The notes under the pieces were generated by a model. It had not been told where the DNA came from. It ran no database searches and saw only the letters and a list, made by a program, of their open reading frames with translations. The position numbers were made by a program, and so were the translations under genes. Below are positions 24,262 through 30,444 of a stretch of DNA of 30,444 nt, in pieces. The stretch spans positions 1 to 30,444 of IMG/VR virus record IMGVR_UViG_3300031965_000115, one strand, 5' to 3'. Every line of letters starts with the position of its first letter. Position 1 is the first letter of the stretch. This DNA is from a virus. Taxonomy: Duplodnaviria; Caudoviricetes.

Positions 24262-25338
24262 CTAGTCTTCATTACGCCACCTCCACTTGTCGTAGCGTCT
24301 CTGGAGCCACTCGCTCATCGCCAGGCCCCAATCGGTTCCGAGATACGGCTGAAGTGTTGCGAGGGGTCGCGTGAACCGGACTGACGAGTCATACATGCGC
24401 CAGTCTCTGTGAGCCCGTAGCACATCGCGGTAGACTCGCACCCAAAGTGGCGCGTCAACGAAGTTGACCCCAGGAAATCCATCGGCGTCCTCGAGGATTC
24501 GTCCGATCCATTCGTCAATAGGAACATTGCTGTTGCTATAGACGTGGTCCGCCCTGACGACTATGTTGTTGAAGATAGTTGGCTGAACCAATTCGAGAGA
24601 GTACGGATCAATTGATCTCAGACCGTCGTCCGACTGGACTGACGAACTACGTGGCATGTCAAGAAGCTTCTGGTACCACTCCTCGTAGATGTGCCAGTTC
24701 ACACTCACCTGGACGTATCGCCCCTCAGTGCATCCAATCTCGTGAGCCATATACGAGAGGAGCATGGACCAATGTACCGCGTTGGCTCCATAGGCTCCCC
24801 ACACGAGATCGTTCGAGCGGCACAAGACGGTCATGTCGAGCTGACCGTTCGAGCGTCGTTGGAACGTCGCGGTCACGTTGCAGGGTGCGTCTTTCGTCTC
24901 ACGGTCCAAGTCGTAGTCAGAGTCCCACACCTGGAGCACACAACGTCGGTCATTCGGATAGTTGGTGAGTCGGCGAATGATGACACGAAGTTGATCTTGT
25001 CCAAACGTTCTCCGCCACCTGTAACCGTAGGCTCCTTGAAGGATCTGGCCGTCATCCGAGTACTCGGCGAACTGCTTCGTGTATCGAAGCAACGGCTCTA
25101 GATCCTGTCGACCCGCGAGCATCCACAGCGACTCGTAGAGATGGAGCGCGGGGTTGGCGTCGCGTACGGGCCAGAAGATCACTCGCTCCCACGGTCGCTC
25201 GTAGACGGTAACCACGGGGCCTGGCTCGATCAGTCGAACCGCTCCGTTCCGACTGCCCCTTCTCACTCCCTCTTCGTCAATCAAGCGGAGTGCTTGGGGG
25301 AGTGCCTGGTGAACGTTGCGGACGTGAATGACTTTCAT
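24262..25338 (-). CDS. Thymidylate synthase family; probable dUMP hydroxymethyltransferase
   Basis: ESLWMLAG, GAYGYRW, RR.VL..WD, catalytic PC, RSND..WG..GAN and NWHIY motifs; sits in the hypermodification cluster. Confidence 0.85.
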   Translation of the reverse strand: MKVIHVRNVHQALPQALRLIDEEGVRRGSRNGAVRLIEPGPVVTVYERPWERVIFWPVRDANPALHLYESLWMLAGRQDLEPLLRYTKQFAEYSDDGQILQGAYGYRWRRTFGQDQLRVIIRRLTNYPNDRRCVLQVWDSDYDLDRETKDAPCNVTATFQRRSNGQLDMTVLCRSNDLVWGAYGANAVHWSMLLSYMAHEIGCTEGRYVQVSVNWHIYEEWYQKLLDMPRSSSVQSDDGLRSIDPYSLELVQPTIFNNIVVRADHVYSNSNVPIDEWIGRILEDADGFPGVNFVDAPLWVRVYRDVLRAHRDWRMYDSSVRFTRPLATLQPYLGTDWGLAMSEWLQRRYDKWRWRNED

Positions 25339-25478
25339 GTCAGCTCCGAGCAGGCCCCGAAGCGCCCCCTGGGGTTTCGCCTCGGTAGCCGTTTGACGAG
25401 AACAGCCGGGTGTGTTCTCAGGACCTGCCGGGGGTCACCCGGGCAGTAGAACCACCCTGACCTGCTCGCAGCCGACAT
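25337..25478 (-). ncRNA. Candidate cis-regulatory structured RNA upstream of the TS-like gene
   Basis: A 20-bp closing stem (19 pairs including 2 GU) covers the SD and the first two bases of the AUG; three internal hairpins; loop-loop complementarity. Confidence 0.5.
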
Positions 25479-25483
25479 CATTC

Positions 25484-25897
25484 TCACGTTGATAGTTCCA
25501 TGAAGAGTACACCCTCGTAGCCGACAGTCTTCGCTAAGTTCTGGAGACGACGCTCGTTTGTCTTAGTGAGGGGGATCTCTCCGTCCCTCATCAGGATGTA
25601 GAAGGTTTCGGGATTCGGGAGACGTAGCCGTTTGATAATCCCGTCGCGACCGTTGGCTGAAAGCACAGCAGTTCTAAACTCGTTTGTAAGCACAGCACGA
25701 GGAGCCAGACGACGACCGGATCGACGACGGCCATCCTGGATGAGCTCTGGACGAGGAAGTCCAAGCCTATCGGCAAGATAATCATTGACGAGAAGAGACA
25801 CGGATACTCCAAGCTTGGAAGCACGACGTGAGATTTCTCGCTTGATTCTTTCGGTGACGTAGACCCCGAGGTAGCGATCACGTCTTGATTTCCTCAC
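25484..25897 (-). CDS. Ribbon-helix-helix DNA-binding protein
   Basis: YLGVYVTERIKREISRRASKLGVSVSLLVNDYL fits the RHH beta-alpha-alpha pattern; GTGA overlap. Confidence 0.7.
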   Translation of the reverse strand: MRKSRRDRYLGVYVTERIKREISRRASKLGVSVSLLVNDYLADRLGLPRPELIQDGRRRSGRRLAPRAVLTNEFRTAVLSANGRDGIIKRLRLPNPETFYILMRDGEIPLTKTNERRLQNLAKTVGYEGVLFMELST

Positions 25898-26721
25898 GGA
25901 TATCTCCTCTTCAGTCGTTCGCCTGCTGTCGCCCGCTCGTACTTGTCGAACTCACAGGCCCAATGCTCGACCTCTCTCATCTCCCATCGTGGCCAGATGT
26001 TGGACCATGCTCCACGTGAACAGTCAAGGATGTTCTTCATCACGTCACAGAGTAGGACCTGCCCTACGTTCGATCCTCGATGATATACGTGGGGATCGTT
26101 ATGGGTCACCCGACCAAGTCCCCGAGCACACCCGGGACCAGCTGAAGCCCACGTCATGATGTCGCGCGCATCAGAGAGGACGGGAGTCCATCGCAGGTCG
26201 GTGATAATTTCGTAGGCAAGGAACCGACCGAGCCCGGGAACGGCGAGGAGCGATGTGTGCGCTTCTTCGAGAGACGCTCCGCTCCACGAGGGATAGATTT
26301 GTCTGATGATTGGTAGCGCTTCCCCGATCATCTCGAGCAATCCGTCGAGTTTGTCGAATCCGGTTGGAGTTCTAATCATGTAGGCACCGGTGACCACAGG
26401 TCGAACATCATGGAGGCGACGACGAGCCTCTTTGCGATCCCACCCATTCAAGAGTAGATCCTGGATGATCTCGCCGATCTCGACGCGGTTGAACCATCGG
26501 AAGATCACCGTCGCTGCTACAACATGAAGACCGTCAAGCTTGGAACGAACATGATCACGGAACCACACGGTTGTCCGATCGTCTTCCCGATGTACGTTAC
26601 AGAACCGCCACCGTTGGAAAGCCGGATCATCAGTCCACGGCGAGGGATCGCCAGCATCTCGCTTAAGCTTGATGCGGTACCGCTCCCGTGCGGTCTCGAA
26701 GAATCGGTCGATCAGTTCCAT
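25894..26721 (-). CDS. aGPT-Pplase1 family / 5-hmdU DNA kinase helical-domain protein
   Basis: ER.RI..KR..G...PWTDDP....RFCNVHREDDRTT, FRWFN, GLGRFLAYE...DL, GPG..RGL and EH..CEFDKY. ATG 26721 overlaps the kinase stop. Confidence 0.85.
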   Translation of the reverse strand: MELIDRFFETARERYRIKLKRDAGDPSPWTDDPAFQRWRFCNVHREDDRTTVWFRDHVRSKLDGLHVVAATVIFRWFNRVEIGEIIQDLLLNGWDRKEARRRLHDVRPVVTGAYMIRTPTGFDKLDGLLEMIGEALPIIRQIYPSWSGASLEEAHTSLLAVPGLGRFLAYEIITDLRWTPVLSDARDIMTWASAGPGCARGLGRVTHNDPHVYHRGSNVGQVLLCDVMKNILDCSRGAWSNIWPRWEMREVEHWACEFDKYERATAGERLKRRYP

Positions 26722-27272
26722 CCTAGAGCTCTTAGACATGCGATCGCAGCCGACTCGCGATCCTTGCACCATTCCACTCTGACACCGGCCTTCTCGAGAT
26801 TACCGGCGTTCCGGATGGTGCCTCTCGCGCGGACAATCGTATTCTTCGGATTGACAGGATCCAGGTTGCCCCTCTTCGCTCTCCGTTCCTTGATTGCATT
26901 GAGACAGAGCTCTACCGGAACGTCGATGATCACGACGAGGAGATCGTGTTTCTTCGCGAGCTCTGCTGCGCGACGCCAATCACTTTGGATCAGAGCGCCA
27001 CCCTCGTAGATGACGTCATATCCAATCTGGGCAGCGTGCCAAATGTGATTGTAGATCAGGTCGATCTTCGGGATCGTGTCCCCGCCCCCGCAGGCTGTTT
27101 CGTAATGGCCAACAACCCAGAGGTCATGTCCGTCCGGCCGCACACACCGATAGCCGATTGGTTGCTTTCGTCCCTCAATGTGAACCGGTCGTCGTTCGTC
27201 GTAGCGGTCCATCACACGTCGTACGATCGTGCTCTTTCCGCTGCCGAATGTACCTCTTGGATTGACGATCAT
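26712..27272 (-). CDS. P-loop kinase of hypermodification clusters (candidate 5-hmdU DNA kinase)
   Basis: NPRGTFGSGKST, VVGHYETACGGGDTI, VIYEG and R..RG lid; adjacent to the aGPT-Pplase1 gene. Confidence 0.75.
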   Translation of the reverse strand: MIVNPRGTFGSGKSTIVRRVMDRYDERRPVHIEGRKQPIGYRCVRPDGHDLWVVGHYETACGGGDTIPKIDLIYNHIWHAAQIGYDVIYEGGALIQSDWRRAAELAKKHDLLVVIIDVPVELCLNAIKERRAKRGNLDPVNPKNTIVRARGTIRNAGNLEKAGVRVEWCKDRESAAIACLRALGWN

Positions 27273-27313
27273 GAGCGTTCACGCTGGTTAGAATTCTCGG
27301 AACGTTTGACCAT
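27269..27313 (-). CDS. 14-codon leader minigene
   Basis: TAAGGAGG SD, MVKRSENSNQRERS; its TGA overlaps the kinase ATG. Confidence 0.4.
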   Translation of the reverse strand: MVKRSENSNQRERS

Positions 27314-27362
27314 GAGAGCCTCCTTATATACTATTTTTAACTGGACGTAAAGCTTTTTTATT
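27306..27362. promoter_or_regulatory. AT-rich overlapping sigma70-like promoters
   Basis: Minus strand: TTTACG (27346-27351), 17 nt, TATAAG (27323-27328), with an upstream A-tract. Plus strand: TTGACC (27306-27311), 17 nt, TACTAT (27329-27334). Confidence 0.5.
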
Positions 27363-27382
27363 AGCTCAAGTGTTGACTCCGT

Positions 27383-27402
27383 AAAACCGAGCCAGGCTCG
27401 GC
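27383..27402 (-). terminator. Rho-independent terminator candidate
   Basis: GCCGAGC-CTG-GCTCGG followed by TTTT directly after the HD gene stop; the U-tract is short. Confidence 0.5.
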
Positions 27403-28001
27403 TAAAACATCGTCGTATCGCGGTTCAAGTCGCGCCATCGTACGAGAAACGCGGTCTCTGCTTCCTCCCACGTCATGTGCGGACGCCACAGACCGGAGGG
27501 AATCAACACTTCGTCGACCGCTTTCTTGTACTCATGGCGGTTCAGTGCTCCGTAGTTCTTGATGACTTGTCCACGATTGAAGGCAATCTCAAACTCGAGC
27601 CGGACCATTGTGCGGTCGGCCTGGGAGACAGAGTCGGCCTGAATGATCGGGAGCCCGAACGCAGTGTAGACCACAGTCTGCGCGCGATGTTCCGCGTCGC
27701 GATAGCCAGACATTTCGGGCGACGATTTGACCCACTTCGTCATGTCACCGAGGTACGCTTCGGAGCCGTCGTGGAAGAGTCCTTGCAGCGCTTCACGGTG
27801 CGACGCGACTGCGCCAGCCAACAGCGAGACGCCAACACTGTGCTGCGCTACGGATATTGGGAACCGAGAGTGGCCCGCGAAGCGGCTGCACAACGCGAGC
27901 GCATGCGCAATGTCACGAACGTCGATGTCTTCTCGTTTCAAGTTGAGTGGGTTGACATCGAAGCCAGTGAACGTCGTCATGAGCACAGGTTTTATCTCCA
28001 T
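27402..28001 (-). CDS. HD-domain nucleotide phosphohydrolase (YfbR/YfdR-like)
   Basis: DIAHAL...RFAGH...SVAQHS...LFHDGSEAYLGD...AD. Confidence 0.85.
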   Translation of the reverse strand: MEIKPVLMTTFTGFDVNPLNLKREDIDVRDIAHALALCSRFAGHSRFPISVAQHSVGVSLLAGAVASHREALQGLFHDGSEAYLGDMTKWVKSSPEMSGYRDAEHRAQTVVYTAFGLPIIQADSVSQADRTMVRLEFEIAFNRGQVIKNYGALNRHEYKKAVDEVLIPSGLWRPHMTWEEAETAFLVRWRDLNRDTTMF

Positions 28002-28453
28002 AGTTGATCATTCTCCTCTTCGAGGAGGAAGTCCTCGAACGCGCGGTTCTTGAGAAGCTTTGTCCCCCGGGCGATACGGGCCTCGGCGATCAGGTCGGCC
28101 ATCGGACGATTGGTGAAGTAGTACATCGCTAGGACTGCGACGAGTGCCGAGCGGTTCCAACCGGAGTCACAGTTGATCATCACTGCGCCGAAGGACATCG
28201 TCTTAGCGACCTCGCGGGCAATAGCTCGAATACGCTGAGGAACAAGCTTGGCGCCGGAGTCGTTCAACGGTTCATGACAATACGCCATCCCAACTGTTCG
28301 ACACGCGGCGGCAAGTGCCGGATCGTCGATCAAGGCAACGTTCATGATGAGTCTGACGTCATGGAGGCTCAGTACGGAGAGGACTGCTGAGCTATTGAGT
28401 TTCCTCGTATGAGGACGGATGTAGAGGCGATCATGTAGTCGATACAGATTCAT
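27992..28453 (-). CDS. Cysteine-dependent (CX5R) dual-specificity/PTP-fold phosphatase
   Basis: VMINCDSGWNRSALV catalytic loop; upstream PLND acid loop; R....N..F C-terminal motif. Confidence 0.8.
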   Translation of the reverse strand: MNLYRLHDRLYIRPHTRKLNSSAVLSVLSLHDVRLIMNVALIDDPALAAACRTVGMAYCHEPLNDSGAKLVPQRIRAIAREVAKTMSFGAVMINCDSGWNRSALVAVLAMYYFTNRPMADLIAEARIARGTKLLKNRAFEDFLLEEENDQLWR

Positions 28454-29427
28454 GACTTCTCCTTCCAGAGCGGAAGCTTTTTCCTAAATGTCCCCTCGGT
28501 TAGCATGACTTGTTCGTTGGTCGGCGAGCTGTACACGGGGAGAAGCCCAAAGCGTGGAGCTGACGGTGCGTCACAAGACGCACAGATCCCGAACGCACGA
28601 TCAGCTTGATACAGCCTCGCACGAGCCGCTTCCATCCTGGGATGACGCCAGATCTCTCTCAGGGTCATCTCGCATACGTTTCCAATCACGAACTCCTGAC
28701 GCCAGTCGTCGCAGCATAATGGCACAGAGCCATCAGAATGGATCACGAGCTCACGGAATGGCCGCGAGCACGTCCGCCGAAGTGACTCAGGAATCTGGCT
28801 TGTCGGGTTGGCACCCGCGTGTGTTTTCACGAGACGTGAACCGTGCTCACCATCATGAACTGACAGATCGTCCATCACACAGAGAATCTTCTTCCCGCGC
28901 TGATTGCTGTAGGGTGATCGGCCCCGACCGGCCCAGTCACGGAAGAAGTCGACGACTTCCGCACCAACAAAGGCGAGTGCTTCCTCACGAAGCGCATCGC
29001 GTCGCTCCTTTGGGTAGTATGTATCAAGGAGCAGGAGATTGAGACCCGCGTCGAAGAGTTGAGTCACACGCTCTTGTAGATGCCCACGAAGCACGTCGCC
29101 GTTCGTTGTGAGCATCAGGCTAGCCTTTGGGAGTCGATCGCGGAAGTGAGCAACGATGTCCCTCGCCTTCGGATGTATCAACGGTTCCCCACGCATGGCG
29201 AACTCAACGCGAGCCGTCGGGCAGAAGTCGACCATCTGCTCGACGATTTTCTCGACCGTCCCGTCTGACATATACTCGTAGTTCCCCGGGCCACTCCGGA
29301 TAGCGTTGAGTCCGCAGAAGTGACAGAGTCCTCCAGAGCCGGAGCCGAAGCGCATGGAGCAGCCGGTTACGAGCTCCGGCTGGATCACCCAGGGTCGACC
29401 ACCCTCGTCAGCGCGTAGCTGCCTCAT
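28450..29427 (-). CDS. Radical SAM enzyme with SPASM/twitch domain
   Basis: C-X11-C-X2-C (CSMRFGSGSGGLCHFC), RGEPL and TTNG; C-terminal CSRPF...DG.V.LCC.D....GNV....L.EIW...CASC. Confidence 0.85.
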   Translation of the reverse strand: MRQLRADEGGRPWVIQPELVTGCSMRFGSGSGGLCHFCGLNAIRSGPGNYEYMSDGTVEKIVEQMVDFCPTARVEFAMRGEPLIHPKARDIVAHFRDRLPKASLMLTTNGDVLRGHLQERVTQLFDAGLNLLLLDTYYPKERRDALREEALAFVGAEVVDFFRDWAGRGRSPYSNQRGKKILCVMDDLSVHDGEHGSRLVKTHAGANPTSQIPESLRRTCSRPFRELVIHSDGSVPLCCDDWRQEFVIGNVCEMTLREIWRHPRMEAARARLYQADRAFGICASCDAPSAPRFGLLPVYSSPTNEQVMLTEGTFRKKLPLWKEKS

Positions 29428-30440
29428 CCGTTCCTCCTGATCGGGTGAGAGAAGTCCCCCGTCTCTCGCGTTGCGTGGTAGTCATAGAGGCTATCAGTCC
29501 AAGTGTATCCGTACTCCGAGACGACGCGTCCGAGGTAACCAAGCCGTTCACCCGGGTCCCAGTCCTGGACTTCGCCGAGTGACCACTCGGGATGAAGCCG
29601 ACGACGCGTCTTCATGTGTTCCGTTTCTGGTTCGTGCCCGGGATACGGGAGAGATCCCCAATACGGCTCGATAGAGCGCTCATAAGAGAGCTCGCTGTCG
29701 AGTGACCGGCCGGGATACTGACGCTTCGTGAGGAAGGAGGCCTTGTATTCACAAAGCATGACCTCGTATTGAAACCACGAGAGCCTCATCAGCTCGGGTC
29801 TGGAATTCTTTAGATAGAGTGCGCGCTCCTCAGCTTCAATCACGGCACGATAGGAGTCGTCCCTTGGATTGTCTGTCCGTTCCAGTACCATGTTCAGGCA
29901 CGTCCTCGGGGACCACCCATTCTTCGCCCGTATATCGCGACACTCTGCTCGGATGAGTCCAATCCGATACCAGCACTCGCAGAGCTTCGTCGCTGCGTAA
30001 CGCCCGACATGGGGCAGACGCATTGCGAAGCGCCACACTTGCTCAAAGTCGTCCTCATCTTCGAGCCAATCCAGGGCCTCAATCGTCGTAGCCACTCCGT
30101 CGCAATAGTCGACCATTCGCTCGCCGCGAGTCGAGTCGAGCGCAACGGACTTTCGTTCACGTCGGAAGCGGAGTCCATCCCAATGCTTCTGGAGGAACAA
30201 CAGGAGTTTGTCGGGACCGGGCGACTCTGGGAATCGGCACCATGTTGCCTCGGCTGTCGGGACGTTGTAGAATCCAACGTAGAGGGCAATCCGCCAGATC
30301 TGCTGCTCTCGCGGGAGCGGTCCACACATCTCGATGACAGCGCGCAGATGCGGATCAGGTCCGCCGCAGAGTTGCTCATATCGACAGAACTCCTCGAAGA
30401 GTCGGAGATGGTTGGGATTCGTCATGTTAGGTTTTTTCAT
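29424..30440 (-). CDS. Amino acid:DNA transferase-like protein (aGPT-Pplase2, HhH-glycosylase fold)
   Basis: GPDPH, FRRERK, HhH LPHVGRYAATKLCE, E..LCEYK and YPG..LD motifs; clustered with the kinase and the TS-like gene. Confidence 0.7.
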   Translation of the reverse strand: MKKPNMTNPNHLRLFEEFCRYEQLCGGPDPHLRAVIEMCGPLPREQQIWRIALYVGFYNVPTAEATWCRFPESPGPDKLLLFLQKHWDGLRFRRERKSVALDSTRGERMVDYCDGVATTIEALDWLEDEDDFEQVWRFAMRLPHVGRYAATKLCECWYRIGLIRAECRDIRAKNGWSPRTCLNMVLERTDNPRDDSYRAVIEAEERALYLKNSRPELMRLSWFQYEVMLCEYKASFLTKRQYPGRSLDSELSYERSIEPYWGSLPYPGHEPETEHMKTRRRLHPEWSLGEVQDWDPGERLGYLGRVVSEYGYTWTDSLYDYHATRETGDFSHPIRRNG

Positions 30441-30444
30441 TCCT

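Noticed and set aside
25370-25425. Hammerhead ribozyme (CTGAGAA...CGAAAC on the minus strand)
   Set aside because: The core does not match CUGANGA and the stems do not fit hammerhead topology. It also does not match the THF or ZTP riboswitch or SRP consensus as I recall them.
27402-28001. DatZ / 2-aminoadenine (Z) genome system
   Set aside because: No purZ in the window, and the neighbouring genes point to pyrimidine modification.
44-29674. Numerous plus-strand ORFs (for example 349-1011, 7006-7962, 12606-13655)
   Set aside because: They are antisense shadows of well-supported minus-strand genes in GC-rich DNA, with no motifs or SDs.
1-30444. Stop-codon reassignment, tRNAs, integrase, DNA polymerase, DGR or retron
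   Set aside because: Genes tile densely under the standard code with TGA, TAA and TAG all used as stops. No cloverleaf, recombinase, polymerase or reverse-transcriptase motifs were seen; these may lie outside the window.

Overview
This 30.4-kb, GC-rich window is a fragment of a tailed dsDNA phage (or prophage). Essentially every credible gene is on the minus strand, and many are translationally coupled through ATGA/GTGA overlaps. In transcription order (right to left) there are five blocks. (1) About 23.7-30.4 kb is a DNA base-hypermodification and nucleotide module: amino acid:DNA transferase-like protein, atypical radical SAM/SPASM enzyme, CX5R phosphatase, HD hydrolase, P-loop kinase, aGPT-Pplase1/5-hmdU-kinase helical-domain protein, RHH regulator, dUMP-type thymidylate synthase/hydroxymethylase and DUF3310. 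(2) About 17.3-23.7 kb holds nucleases and accessory genes, including a Cys-rich membrane-anchored protein, an HExxH lipoprotein, a Tat-like protein and a pair of modular paralogs. (3) About 9.1-17.3 kb is the replication region: an HNH nuclease fused to a catalytically degenerate, permuted copy of the phage's own primase, a SNF2 helicase, an SSB-like protein, a Prim-Pol, an AAA helicase and a stand-alone wHTH protein. (4) About 8.8-9.1 kb is a non-coding array of direct and inverted repeats (ori or packaging site candidate). (5) 1-8.8 kb is packaging and head genes (TerS, TerL, portal, MuF, protease-scaffold, cement, major capsid, head-tail proteins), followed by a truncated sulfotransferase-like ORF. 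The most notable features are the unusual thymidine-hypermodification gene set, a multi-stem RNA candidate that sequesters the TS start codon, the HNH/dead-primase cassette, and an exact 33-bp inverted copy shared by the MuF gene and the HNH gene 11 kb apart. All family assignments come from motif recognition by eye; no database searches were run.
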